Sequence record: SRR9188677_125
DNA: 64,000 nt
Strand: one strand, 5' to 3'
In this document: piece after piece, positions 42,189 to 52,674 of the stretch
Position numbering within the stretch: position 1 is the stretch's first letter
Layout of the letters: the number at the start of each line of letters is the position of its first letter
The notes under the pieces: generated by a model
Seen by the model: only the letters and a program-made list of their open reading frames with translations
Told to the model about the DNA's origin: nothing
Database searches by the model: none
Program-made: the position numbers and the translations under genes

Positions 42189-45100
42189 ATGAAAAAATTA
42201 TTGCCTTTAGTATTGCTGTTTACCGGGATGGTGAATGCGCAGATTGTAAGCATCCCCGACACTTATCTTAAGAATTATCTGCTGGCAGCAAGCCCGACAA
42301 CCCAGGTGGCCCAGGATTTTAACGATCAATGGATAAAAATTGATGCCAATAATGATGGCGAAATCCAGCAGGCGGAAGCGAATGCCATCAAATTACTGGC
42401 CGTTAATGAAGTAATGGTAATGAACCCTACAGGATTGGAAAGCTTTCACAACCTGGAATCCCTGAGGTTGATTTCCTGCCTGATAACAACCCTGGACCTG
42501 AACGGGCTGGACAATCTTAAGGCACTGCAATGCATGAACATGCAGATCCTTTCGACCCTGAACCTAAACAGCCTGACGAATCTCGAAAACCTGTCGTTAT
42601 TTAATCTGAGAATGATTACGAATTTAAATTTCAGTAATTCATCCAATCTGTCTAAGATAGTGTGTTTTGGTTCTTCGATAACGAATTTCAACACAACGGG
42701 ACTGACCGGGCTTACAGAGTTGATGTATTCGAATAATGACCGGACTACCAGCCTGAACCTTACCGGGCTCACTAATCTTGTCAAGCTGAATTGCTCTTAC
42801 AACAGCCTGAGTACCTTAAACGTTAACGGGCTTTCAAATTTAACGGATTTGGATTGTTCCGGAAACCAGCTGACCAACCTCAATGGTTTGCCTAATATCA
42901 CAAAACTGAATTGTGAAAACAATAAGCTGACCAGCTTAAATTTTAACGGGCTTACCAACCTGAGCGAATTGTTTTGTGGCGCAAATGAGCTTGCCAGTTT
43001 AAATGTAAACGGGCTTACCAGCCTTACAAGACTGAGTTGCCCTCATAACAAAATTACTACCCTTTCCATAAGCAACCTCCCAAATTTAGTGACTCTCGAT
43101 TGCGGAAACATCAATGAGCTCACGAGCCTTACACTGTCAAATTTAGCCAGCCTGCAGGACTTTAGGGTTATGGGAAATGTAGGTAGCTCTGCGCAAAGCT
43201 TAAGCAATCTAACCACTTTAAACTTAAGCGGATTGCCGAATCTTCAGAAAATAAACTGCAGCTTCCAAAAACTGACTACTTTAAATTTAAGCGGTTTGTC
43301 CAATCTTATTGAGTTGGATTGTTCCAGTAACCAGCTTACGAGCTTAAATCTTACGAATCTGCCCAACTTGCAGAAATTGACCTGTTCCCGAAATTACATC
43401 ACAAGCCTTGATGCATCCGGTTTGCCTGCCCTGGTAGAATTATCCTGTGCAGCCGGAGGTTATATATCAAACGGCCAACAGACCGGAGAGCTGTCCAGCC
43501 TTAATGTCGTAGGCTTGTCTAACCTTAAAAAACTTTCCTGTTACGGAAACTTGCTGAGCAGCCTCGACCTTACCGGATTGACCAGCTTAGAAGAATTGAA
43601 CTGTAGCGGCATGCCGAACAACCTCGGAAGGCTTGCTTCACTGAACGTAAACCATTTAAGCAATTTAAAATCACTTAATTGCACTAACCAACTCCTTACC
43701 AGCCTTAATGTAAGCAACTTAACCAACCTGACGCAGTTGTACTGTTCGTATAATGACATCACAACTTTGGATTTGACCGGTTTGATCAATCTTGAAATTC
43801 TGGATTATACTTATAATGATTTGTCCAATTTGAATCTGGTGAACCTTCCAAGGCTTACCGAACTATATTGCGGAAACAATTCCTTGCAGACCCTGAATGT
43901 ACTAAACCTGACCAGCCTAAAAACCTTAAACTGTGCGAGCAATCAGCTTACTACTTTAAATTTAAGCGGACTGACGAATCTTATTTCCTTAGATTTTTCA
44001 TATAATAATTTAACGTTGGCAGATGTGGGCGGATTATCCCCAAACTTGAAAACACTGATTTGTATTTCCAACAACTTGACCACGCTTGATGTAAGCAACC
44101 TTCCGAATCTGGAAACCTTAAATTGCTACACGAACAACCTTACGGCTTTGGATGTAAGCACGCTGTACAACTTGAAAAACCTCGACATTGCAAATAATGA
44201 CATAACATCAATAGGTATCAGTCATTTGTCGCAATTGGAATTATTCAATGGTTCCGGCAATGAGCTAAGCGATCTGAACATTTCGGGATTGAATAATCTT
44301 CAGACATTATACTGCAGCGACAATTTGCTTACCAGCCTGGATCTTACGAACCATACCGCCTTAAGGTATTTGGATTATTCCAATAATATCATTCCGAATA
44401 TGGATGTGAATTTCCTGACCAACCTTCAGCTTTTGGGCTGTGCCGGAACACAAAGCACGCAATTGGAAGTGGGCAACCTGCTTAGCCTTCATACGTTGTA
44501 TTGCAATAATAACAACATTACCACATTAGACCTAAACAATAACCGTTTTTTAAACGATTTGAGATGCTTTGACAACCAGCTGGAAACTTTGTTTATCAAA
44601 AACGGTAGAAATGAAGACAACATCAACTTTGTGAACAACCCAAACTTAAGATACATCTGCGCTGACGGATCACAGCTTTCAGCCCTGCAGACACAATTGA
44701 ATTCCTTAGGGATGAATGCCACGGTTTCTAACTCTTACTGTACTTTCACCCCGGGAGGAAACCACAACACCATTACAGGTATCACCATTTTTGACGATGA
44801 CAATAACGGTTGCGATGTTACCGATGTGGTGAATCCGTTCGTGCGATTGAACATCAATGATGGAAACATAGACGGAGCTACAGTGACCAACATCAACGGA
44901 ACTTATAATTTTTACACGGGTGCCGGAAACTATACGATTTCCCCAAATACGGAAAACCCGACCTGGTTCTCGTTCTCTCCAAATTCGGCTGATTTTAATT
45001 TTGCTACGGATAACAATAACATCTCAACCCAAAACTTCTGCATCACAGCGGTAGGAATGCACAAAGACGTTGAAATCCTTTTTACCCAAACAGAACCAGC

Positions 45101-46115
45101 ACGTCCGGGCTTTGATGCCAAATACAAAATCGTATATAAAAACAAAGGGAACCAAATGGTTTCCGGTGCGATAAGCCTGCAGTTTGAAGATGACAAAACG
45201 GATCTTGTGGTAGCTACGCCACCTGTAAATACAACTATCCAGGACTCATTGATCTGGAATTTCACCAACCTGATGCCTTTTGAAAACCGAAGCATCGAAC
45301 TGACCTTAAATTTAAATGCCCCAACAGAAACCCCGGCCATAAATAATGGTGACATCCTAACATTTAATGTATCATTGCCGGTTATCGGTGACGAGTTTCC
45401 ATCGGATAATCAATTTACTTTTAACCAAACGGTTCTAGGTTCATATGATCCTAATGACATTTTGTGCCTTGAAGGGGAAAACGTTTCGCCTACTGAAATT
45501 GGAGAATACCTGCATTACATAGTCAATTTTGAAAATACAGGAACATTTTATGCAGAAAACGTAGTGGTAAGGCTTGAAATCGACAGCGCTATGTTCGACA
45601 TGAATTCAATGCAATTGCTGAACAGTTCCCATCCATCTTCTACCCGGATTTTGGGCAATACGGTCGAATTTGTCCTGGAAGACATCAATCTTTCCGCTGC
45701 TACAGGAACGCCTCCGGTCGGGGGGCATGGCGATGTGCTGTTCAAAATCAAGACTAAAGACAATTTAGTGGTTAATGATACGGTGCTTCAAAAAGCCGGA
45801 ATTTATTTCGACTACAATTTCCCGATCATCACTAATGATGCCGAAACCACTTTTGCCCAGTTGAGCAACCCGATACATGAATTTGACAATACGGTTAAGA
45901 TTTATCCGAACCCAACCAATTCCATCATCAACATTGAAAGTAAGTTCAACATTGAATTAATTCAGTTATACGATATCCAGGGCAGGCTTTTGGAAACGAT
46001 TATGGAAACGGCAACCACGACAAAACTTGACATTTCTGGTAAATCAAACGGCATTTACTTTGTGAAAATCAAAACCGACAAAGGAAGCAAGGTCGAAAAA
46101 ATTATGAAAGAGTAA
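42189..46115 (+). CDS. Internalin/BspA-like leucine-rich-repeat protein with T9SS type A C-terminal domain
   Basis: Signal peptide, DANNDGEI EF-hand-like loop, many LxxLxCxxNxL repeats, SYDPND and IYFDYNFPIITN motifs, IYPNPT...GIYFVKI. Confidence 0.9.
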   Translation: MKKLLPLVLLFTGMVNAQIVSIPDTYLKNYLLAASPTTQVAQDFNDQWIKIDANNDGEIQQAEANAIKLLAVNEVMVMNPTGLESFHNLESLRLISCLITTLDLNGLDNLKALQCMNMQILSTLNLNSLTNLENLSLFNLRMITNLNFSNSSNLSKIVCFGSSITNFNTTGLTGLTELMYSNNDRTTSLNLTGLTNLVKLNCSYNSLSTLNVNGLSNLTDLDCSGNQLTNLNGLPNITKLNCENNKLTSLNFNGLTNLSELFCGANELASLNVNGLTSLTRLSCPHNKITTLSISNLPNLVTLDCGNINELTSLTLSNLASLQDFRVMGNVGSSAQSLSNLTTLNLSGLPNLQKINCSFQKLTTLNLSGLSNLIELDCSSNQLTSLNLTNLPNLQKLTCSRNYITSLDASGLPALVELSCAAGGYISNGQQTGELSSLNVVGLSNLKKLSCYGNLLSSLDLTGLTSLEELNCSGMPNNLGRLASLNVNHLSNLKSLNCTNQLLTSLNVSNLTNLTQLYCSYNDITTLDLTGLINLEILDYTYNDLSNLNLVNLPRLTELYCGNNSLQTLNVLNLTSLKTLNCASNQLTTLNLSGLTNLISLDFSYNNLTLADVGGLSPNLKTLICISNNLTTLDVSNLPNLETLNCYTNNLTALDVSTLYNLKNLDIANNDITSIGISHLSQLELFNGSGNELSDLNISGLNNLQTLYCSDNLLTSLDLTNHTALRYLDYSNNIIPNMDVNFLTNLQLLGCAGTQSTQLEVGNLLSLHTLYCNNNNITTLDLNNNRFLNDLRCFDNQLETLFIKNGRNEDNINFVNNPNLRYICADGSQLSALQTQLNSLGMNATVSNSYCTFTPGGNHNTITGITIFDDDNNGCDVTDVVNPFVRLNINDGNIDGATVTNINGTYNFYTGAGNYTISPNTENPTWFSFSPNSADFNFATDNNNISTQNFCITAVGMHKDVEILFTQTEPARPGFDAKYKIVYKNKGNQMVSGAISLQFEDDKTDLVVATPPVNTTIQDSLIWNFTNLMPFENRSIELTLNLNAPTETPAINNGDILTFNVSLPVIGDEFPSDNQFTFNQTVLGSYDPNDILCLEGENVSPTEIGEYLHYIVNFENTGTFYAENVVVRLEIDSAMFDMNSMQLLNSSHPSSTRILGNTVEFVLEDINLSAATGTPPVGGHGDVLFKIKTKDNLVVNDTVLQKAGIYFDYNFPIITNDAETTFAQLSNPIHEFDNTVKIYPNPTNSIINIESKFNIELIQLYDIQGRLLETIMETATTTKLDISGKSNGIYFVKIKTDKGSKVEKIMKE

Positions 46116-46143
46116 ATTTTTAGTTAAGTTAATTTTAGATTTT

Positions 46144-46179
46144 AAAAAGCGCAAGTCAACTGCTGATTTGCGCTTTTTT
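46144..46179 (+). terminator. Intrinsic terminator after the LRR gene
   Basis: AAAAAGCGCAAGTCA...TGATTTGCGCTTTTT. Confidence 0.8.
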
Positions 46180-46255
46180 GCGTTTTGATAAATAATTCTT
46201 AATAAGCCTTTTGATTGCTACTATTTTCATAAATTTGACCCCAAATATTCATTCA

Positions 46256-47929
46256 TTGAAAAAGGTACTTTTTTATATAGGATTGCTGCTGTTTGCACTC
46301 AATACTGCAACTGCCCAGAAATCATCCAAAATAGTTGTCGAACATTCTGATTTTGCCAACATCAACCAAGAGGAAATCCCGGACGCCTTGTTGTTAACCG
46401 GAAACGTAAGGGTAAGCCACGACGGCGTGATTTTTACCTGCAACAAAGCTTATGTCTTCCAGAAGGAAAACTACCTCAAAGCTTTTGGGGAAGTACAGAT
46501 GGTACAGGGCGATACGCTTTTCCTGAACAGCAAGTACGCCGAATACAACGGTGAAGTCAAAAAAGCATTTGCCACCGGAAATGTCGTAATGCGCTCTACA
46601 GATGCGACTTTGGTAACCGACACCATCAATTTTGACCGGAACACACAGGAGGCTTTTTACAATTCTTACGGAACGATTACCAACAAGGAAAACACCTTAA
46701 AAAGCAAATCAGGAAGGTATTTTGCCAACGAAAAGAAGTTCAAATTCCTTACTGCCGTTACGATTACCAATCCGAAATACGTAATCAAATCCAATCATCT
46801 GGATTATTACACCAATTCGGGCCACTCCTATCTGTTTGGTCCTTCCACAATTACCAGCAAGGAGAATTTCATTTACACCGAAAAAGGGTTCTACGACACC
46901 AAAAAAAACCTCGCCTATTTCAAGCGAAAGTCGTACATCAAATACAATGACCGGCGGATTGAAGCCGACAGTTTGTATTATGACCGGAACCGGGAATATG
47001 CTTCGGGAACTAATAATGTAAAGATTACAGATACTATAAACAAAGGGGTTGTCAGGGGCCATTATGCCGAAATTTTCCGGAACCTGAAAACCCAAAGGGA
47101 TTCGATGATGGTTACCAAAAGAGCGGTCGCCGTTACTTTGGTGGAAAACGATTCCATGTACGTTCACGGAAAAAAAATGCTCATTACCGGAAAAACCGGA
47201 GAGCGCATCATCCGCGGGTTCAACAACGTAAGATTCTACAAAACCGATATGAGCGGAAAATGCGATTCCATCCATTCCAGCCAGAAAGATGCCTTGACCA
47301 AACTGATCGGAAGGCCGATTTTATGGAATTACGAAAATCAGATGACTGGAGATGTCATGCACCTTATAGGCAACAATAAAACCGAAAAACTCGATTCGCT
47401 CAAAGTGCTGAACAATTCTTTTATAGTTTCAAAAGATACTATCGGAACCGGCTACAATCAGGTCAAGGGAGTCAATCTCTATGGGAAGTTCAAAGACAAT
47501 AAACTGAGTGAAGTCGACATCGTAAAAAACACGGAGATCATATATTATATGCGCAATGATCAGCAGGAACTGATCGGGATCAACAAAAGTGTCGGAAGCA
47601 AAATCAATCTGATCCTCGATAAAAACACCATCGAAAGCATCACCATATTCGACAAACCCGACGGCGATATCTATCCCGAAAAGGAGCTGCCCGAAAACGC
47701 GAGGAAACTCCGTGGATTTATTTGGCGTGGCGATGAACGCATAAAATCGAAAGACGATATTTTTCCTGCCGAAGAGAATGAACTCGATGCCAAAATACAG
47801 GAACAGCGCAAAGCCGAAATGGAAAAGGAAAATGTTCCGCTCGAGCCAAGTAAAGAAACGCTAAATTACGATAAAAAGAAACCTGCGGATAAGGCCACAC
47901 CCAATAAAACCAAGGCAAAAGCAAAATAG
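46256..47929 (+). CDS. OstA-like (LptA/LptD N-terminal beta-jellyroll) protein
   Basis: Repeated GNV..QGDT/DSL beta-taco motifs; signal peptide if started at TTG 46256; TAAATTTG upstream. Confidence 0.75.
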   Translation: MKKVLFYIGLLLFALNTATAQKSSKIVVEHSDFANINQEEIPDALLLTGNVRVSHDGVIFTCNKAYVFQKENYLKAFGEVQMVQGDTLFLNSKYAEYNGEVKKAFATGNVVMRSTDATLVTDTINFDRNTQEAFYNSYGTITNKENTLKSKSGRYFANEKKFKFLTAVTITNPKYVIKSNHLDYYTNSGHSYLFGPSTITSKENFIYTEKGFYDTKKNLAYFKRKSYIKYNDRRIEADSLYYDRNREYASGTNNVKITDTINKGVVRGHYAEIFRNLKTQRDSMMVTKRAVAVTLVENDSMYVHGKKMLITGKTGERIIRGFNNVRFYKTDMSGKCDSIHSSQKDALTKLIGRPILWNYENQMTGDVMHLIGNNKTEKLDSLKVLNNSFIVSKDTIGTGYNQVKGVNLYGKFKDNKLSEVDIVKNTEIIYYMRNDQQELIGINKSVGSKINLILDKNTIESITIFDKPDGDIYPEKELPENARKLRGFIWRGDERIKSKDDIFPAEENELDAKIQEQRKAEMEKENVPLEPSKETLNYDKKKPADKATPNKTKAKAK

Positions 47930-47943
47930 CCCGGTTAAACGAA

Positions 47944-49146
47944 ATGAAAATGAAAGCGGATTTTTTAAAATACCAAGCCCAGACTTCCCCTTATCCTTTA
48001 GGGATGGAAGTTTCGCACGCCATTGGTTCCTACATTTACGATACGAACGATAAAAAATATCTTGATTTCGTGGCCGGAGTTTCTGCTGCGAGCCTGGGGC
48101 ATCAGCATCCGAGAGTAAATCAGGCGATTAAAGACCAGTTGGATAAATATTCGCACGTGATGGTTTATGGCGAATACGCCCAGCATCCGGCAGTTGCTTA
48201 TTGCAAATTATTGGTGGAGAATTTACATCCGAGCCTTAATAAAATCTATTTGGTCAACTCCGGAACTGAAGCCTGTGAAGGCGCTTTAAAGCTCGTTCGC
48301 CGCGTTACCGGAAGAAGCCAGCTCATTTCCTGCCACAATGCTTACCACGGAAATACTATGGGCTCCATGAGCGTAATGGGATTTGAGGAACGCAAACAGG
48401 TATTCCGACCTTTGATTCCTGATGTGGATTTCATCACGTTCAACAACGAAGAAGACCTTCAGAAAATAACGACCAAAACTGCCGGGATCATCCTAGAAAG
48501 CATTCAGGGCGGTGCCGGATTCATTGAGCCACAGAACGATTTCCTAGCCAAAGTCAAAAAACGCTGCGAAGAAGTTGGCGCGCTTATGATTCTCGACGAA
48601 ATCCAGCCCGGGTTTGGAAGGACCGGAAAATTATTCGGGTATGAAAACTACAATGTCGTCCCAGACGTAGTTATCATAGGAAAAGGAATGGCCGGAGGAA
48701 TGCCCGTTGGTGGCTTCGTTGCCAATGAAAAACACTTGGATTTGCTGACACACGATCCAAAATTAGGTCATATCACTACATTTGGCGGACATCCTGTCAT
48801 TGCGGCAGCCTGCTTGGCAACTTTGGAAGAAATCCTTGAAAAAGACTACTTATCCCAATCATTGGCAAAAGAAAAGCTGTTCAGAAGCCTTTTGGTACAT
48901 CCTTTGATAGAAGAAATCAGAGGAAAAGGGCTGATGCTGGCGGCGATGACAAAAGATGCTGAGATTACCAATAAAGTAATCCTCAAATGCCAGGAAAAAG
49001 GACTGATTTTGTTCTGGCTGCTTTTTGAAGGCTGCGCGATACGAATCACTCCTCCGCTAACAATTTCCGACGAGGAAATCAAAGAAGGATGCGCTATCAT
49101 CCTGGAAGCTATGAACGAAGTACACAGTGAGTTAACGGATTGTTAA
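47944..49146 (+). CDS. Class III PLP aminotransferase (ArgD-like)
   Basis: YLDFVAG, NSGTEA, YHGNT, DEIQPGFGRTG, GKGMAGG. Confidence 0.85.
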   Translation: MKMKADFLKYQAQTSPYPLGMEVSHAIGSYIYDTNDKKYLDFVAGVSAASLGHQHPRVNQAIKDQLDKYSHVMVYGEYAQHPAVAYCKLLVENLHPSLNKIYLVNSGTEACEGALKLVRRVTGRSQLISCHNAYHGNTMGSMSVMGFEERKQVFRPLIPDVDFITFNNEEDLQKITTKTAGIILESIQGGAGFIEPQNDFLAKVKKRCEEVGALMILDEIQPGFGRTGKLFGYENYNVVPDVVIIGKGMAGGMPVGGFVANEKHLDLLTHDPKLGHITTFGGHPVIAAACLATLEEILEKDYLSQSLAKEKLFRSLLVHPLIEEIRGKGLMLAAMTKDAEITNKVILKCQEKGLILFWLLFEGCAIRITPPLTISDEEIKEGCAIILEAMNEVHSELTDC

Positions 49147-49234
49147 TTAAATTGTTTACAACAATACCCGCATCTTCCCAAAAAAGCATCCCATTTCCCT
49201 AATTTTATTAAGGATAATTTTAACCCCTACAATT

Positions 49235-50635
49235 ATGCACCTAGATCACGAAGAAGAAGATTATAACTTGTCCTTATCGAAGTTTGAATCTATGTTAAAA
49301 ACTAACAAAGTATTCTTTTTCGATTCAGAGGAATTTGAGGAAATCATTCTGCATTACCTCGACATGGGAAAAGCTAATTTAGCGAAAAAAGCATTAAAAT
49401 TAGGATTAGAACAGCACCCAAGATCTACCGGATTAAAACTGGTTCAGGTAGAAATGCTGGTGTACGACGACAAATTGGATCAGGCAGAAAAGCTACTTAA
49501 TGAATTGTACGCCATCGAACCGACCAACGAAGAAATTTTTATCCAGAAAGCCAATATCTTTTCTAAACGTGACAACCATGAAAAAGCGGTCGAGCATTTA
49601 AAAATGGCTTTAAAATATACCGAAGATTTTGCCGACGTCTATAATCTTATAGGGATGGAATATCTTTTCATGGACAATCTGGAACTGGCCAAAGAGAACT
49701 TCATCAAATGCCTTGAGGAAGATTTTGAAGACCAATCCGCTTTATACAATGTAGTGTATTGCTTCGAATTTTTGGAACAGAATCAAGCTGCAATAGATTA
49801 TCTTAAAACTTATATCGACCGAAATCCGTACAGCGAAATTGCCTGGCACCAATCCGGCAGGTTGTATTACGGACTGAAAGATTACGAAAGCGCTTCTACC
49901 AGTTTTCAGTTGGCAACCTATATTGATGAAGAGTTTGTAGGCGCTTACATGGAAAGAGGAAAAGCACTGGAACGCCTTAAACAATATGCCGAAGCCATTG
50001 AAAGCTACAACCGGACTATTGAGTTAGACGATCCGACATCGTATGCTTTGCTTCGTATCGGAAAATGTTATGAAAAATTAGGCAACAAAGCCGAAGCCTT
50101 AAAATACTTCAACAAAACGGTTCACGAAGATCCGTTATTGGATAAAGGCTGGATTGCGATTACTGATTTTTACGTTCGCCAGAAAAACTATCCGAAAGCA
50201 TTGTATTATGTAAACAAAGCGCTGGCTATAGACGACCAAAACCGTTTGTACTGGAAGCGCTTCGCTACCATCAATAAAGCGATGGATCAGTTTGAGGAAG
50301 CTGAATTCGGTTACCGGAAAGCTATCGAGTTTGGGGACTATCAGTTAGACACTTGGTTATTCTGGGTTGACATCATGCAGATTATGGGTGAATACAATAA
50401 CGCCATTTTGACTTTAATTCAGGCTTCAGAATACTTCCCGGACGACGCGGAAATCGAATACCGGTTGGCCGGGTTCCACCTGCTTTTACACGAAGAGGAA
50501 AAAGGGAACTACCATTTGAGCAATGCCTTAAGGATCAATTTTAAGCACAACACGATCCTTAAAGAGCTGTTTCCGATGGTTTGGGACAGGGAATCGGTGC
50601 AGGAATACATCAATAAAAGTAAAAGATCAGAATAA
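49235..50635 (+). CDS. Cytoplasmic TPR protein
   Basis: Multiple TPRs; acidic N-terminus FFDSEEFEEII. Confidence 0.8.
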   Translation: MHLDHEEEDYNLSLSKFESMLKTNKVFFFDSEEFEEIILHYLDMGKANLAKKALKLGLEQHPRSTGLKLVQVEMLVYDDKLDQAEKLLNELYAIEPTNEEIFIQKANIFSKRDNHEKAVEHLKMALKYTEDFADVYNLIGMEYLFMDNLELAKENFIKCLEEDFEDQSALYNVVYCFEFLEQNQAAIDYLKTYIDRNPYSEIAWHQSGRLYYGLKDYESASTSFQLATYIDEEFVGAYMERGKALERLKQYAEAIESYNRTIELDDPTSYALLRIGKCYEKLGNKAEALKYFNKTVHEDPLLDKGWIAITDFYVRQKNYPKALYYVNKALAIDDQNRLYWKRFATINKAMDQFEEAEFGYRKAIEFGDYQLDTWLFWVDIMQIMGEYNNAILTLIQASEYFPDDAEIEYRLAGFHLLLHEEEKGNYHLSNALRINFKHNTILKELFPMVWDRESVQEYINKSKRSE

Positions 50636-51375
50636 TGTCAAAAAGGCTCTATGGTCTAGTAGGCAAAAACATCAGCTATTCGTTTTCCAAAAAATACTTC
50701 ACGGAGAAATTTGCTTTGGGGAATTTAGAAGATTGTTCGTACGTGAATTTTGACCTTGAATCGATTGAAGAATTTCCGAGCATAATTGCTAACAATACCG
50801 AATTAAAAGGTTTGAATGTTACAATCCCATACAAGGAAACTGTGATTCCTTATCTGAATAAACTATCATCAAGCGCTGCGCAAATTGGGGCCGTAAACGT
50901 AATCCGCTTCACAAAAAAGGGAAACCTAAAAGGCTATAATTCCGATTATTTTGGTTTTATGAAATCGCTTGAACCTTTATTGCATCCTCATCACAAAAAA
51001 GCTCTAATTCTGGGAACGGGCGGCGCAGCAAAAGCAGTTTCATTCGCATTAGACCAACTCGGAATTTTGTACACTTTTGTTACGCGCGAAGAAAAGGAAG
51101 GCATGATTGATTACGACCGGATCAACGCCACTACTTTTGACAACCATCAGATTATACTCAATTGCACGCCAATCGGGACAAGTCCGAACACTAAAGAATT
51201 CCCGCCTATTCCGTATAATTTCTTTACCGAAAAACACATTGCTTTCGATCTGATCTACAATCCGGAAGAAACCCAGTTTTTGAAAAAGGCCAAAAAGAAA
51301 GGTGCCGTGGTTAAAAACGGTTATGAAATGCTGGTACTTCAGGCAGAAAAGGCGTGGAAAATCTGGAATAAATAA
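50635..51375 (+). CDS. aroE: Shikimate dehydrogenase
   Basis: GLNVTIPYK, GAVN, NSD, GTGGAAKA, DLIYNP. Confidence 0.92.
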   Translation: MSKRLYGLVGKNISYSFSKKYFTEKFALGNLEDCSYVNFDLESIEEFPSIIANNTELKGLNVTIPYKETVIPYLNKLSSSAAQIGAVNVIRFTKKGNLKGYNSDYFGFMKSLEPLLHPHHKKALILGTGGAAKAVSFALDQLGILYTFVTREEKEGMIDYDRINATTFDNHQIILNCTPIGTSPNTKEFPPIPYNFFTEKHIAFDLIYNPEETQFLKKAKKKGAVVKNGYEMLVLQAEKAWKIWNK

Positions 51376-51381
51376 ACCGAA

Positions 51382-51855
51382 ATGAACATCAAACTTTTAG
51401 CGATCGGGAAAACCGACAATAAAGAACTTCAGAAGCTGATTGAGGAGTACACCAAGCGTTTGTCATTTTACATTAAGTTCGATCTGGAAATCATTCCTGA
51501 TATTAAAAACGTCAAAAACCTTTCAGAAAGCCAGCAAAAGGAAAAAGAAGGCGAATTGATTCTGGCAAAGCTCACTCCTACCGATCAGTTGATTTTGCTC
51601 GACGAAAACGGAACAACCTTCTCAAGCGTGTGTTTTTCAGATTATCTGCAAAAGAAAATGAATTCGGGTGTCAAGACTTTAGTATTTGTGATTGGCGGCC
51701 CATACGGATTCAGCGAGGAAGTCTACAAAAAAGCGCAGGGAAAAATTTCGCTTTCGCTGATGACCTTCTCCCATCAAATGGTGCGGTTATTCTTTATTGA
51801 GCAGTTGTATCGTGGCTTTACAATTTTAAGGAACGAGCCTTATCACCATCAGTAA
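51382..51855 (+). CDS. rlmH: 23S rRNA pseudouridine-1915 N3-methyltransferase
   Basis: FVIGGPYG, SLSLMTFSHQMVR, EQLYR, EPYHH. Confidence 0.95.
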   Translation: MNIKLLAIGKTDNKELQKLIEEYTKRLSFYIKFDLEIIPDIKNVKNLSESQQKEKEGELILAKLTPTDQLILLDENGTTFSSVCFSDYLQKKMNSGVKTLVFVIGGPYGFSEEVYKKAQGKISLSLMTFSHQMVRLFFIEQLYRGFTILRNEPYHHQ

Positions 51856-52674
51856 TTATACTCGAGAAACCAATTTTATCGTTTCCATTGCTTCTTTTAC
51901 ATCGTGAACGCGTAGGATATTTGCCCCTTTCTGCAAAGCGATTGTATTGAGGACGGTAGTTCCGTTTAAGGCCGATTCCGCGGAAGTTTCCAGTGTTTTG
52001 TAAATCATCGATTTTCTTGAAATGCCAACCAGCAAAGGCAAATCCAGTTCCGAAAATAATTCCAGATTGTTCATTAGTTCAAAATTCTGCTCGAGCGTTT
52101 TGGCGAAACCAAATCCCGGATCAACAATTAAATCGTTGATACCTAAACTTCTTGCTTCGGCAATTTTTCCTGAGAAATAGAGCAACACTTCCTTCGTAAC
52201 ATTTTCATAGTGCGCCAGGCTTTGCATCGTTTGCGGATTGCCTTTCATGTGCATCATGATGTAAGGAACGTGAAGTTCTGCTACTGTTTTCATCATATTC
52301 GCATCGAGACTTCCGGCAGCTATGTCGTTGATAAGGCACGCACCGGCTTCAATTCCTGCTTTCGCTACATTCGCACGGAAAGTATCAATAGAAATTAAGG
52401 TATGCGGAAAATGCTTCAAAACCAGTTCAATCGCTGGAACCAAACGTTCGATTTCTTCTTCTTCGGATACAAATTCGGCACTTGGTTTGCTTGAATACGC
52501 CCCGACATCTATAAAAGTTGCTCCTTCAGCCAACATTTTCTCAACCTGCTTCAAAATACCTTTTTCATCAGAATGTTTTCCGCCATCGTAAAATGAATTT
52601 GGAGTAACATTAAGGATGCCCATTACTTTGGGAGTTGACAAATCAATAAGCGTTCCGAGGCAGTTTATAGTCAT
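51856..52674 (-). CDS. folP: Dihydropteroate synthase
   Basis: MGILNVTPNSFYDG, SIDT, DPGFGFAK, SRKS, RVHDV. Confidence 0.95.
   Translation of the reverse strand: MTINCLGTLIDLSTPKVMGILNVTPNSFYDGGKHSDEKGILKQVEKMLAEGATFIDVGAYSSKPSAEFVSEEEEIERLVPAIELVLKHFPHTLISIDTFRANVAKAGIEAGACLINDIAAGSLDANMMKTVAELHVPYIMMHMKGNPQTMQSLAHYENVTKEVLLYFSGKIAEARSLGINDLIVDPGFGFAKTLEQNFELMNNLELFSELDLPLLVGISRKSMIYKTLETSAESALNGTTVLNTIALQKGANILRVHDVKEAMETIKLVSRV

Noticed and set aside
42430..44700. CRISPR-like array or DGR target in the repetitive DNA
   Set aside because: The repeats are in-frame degenerate LRR codons; no identical repeats, cas genes or reverse transcriptase.
34753..46180. Mobile element or prophage
   Set aside because: No integrase, transposase, att-like repeats or phage genes seen.
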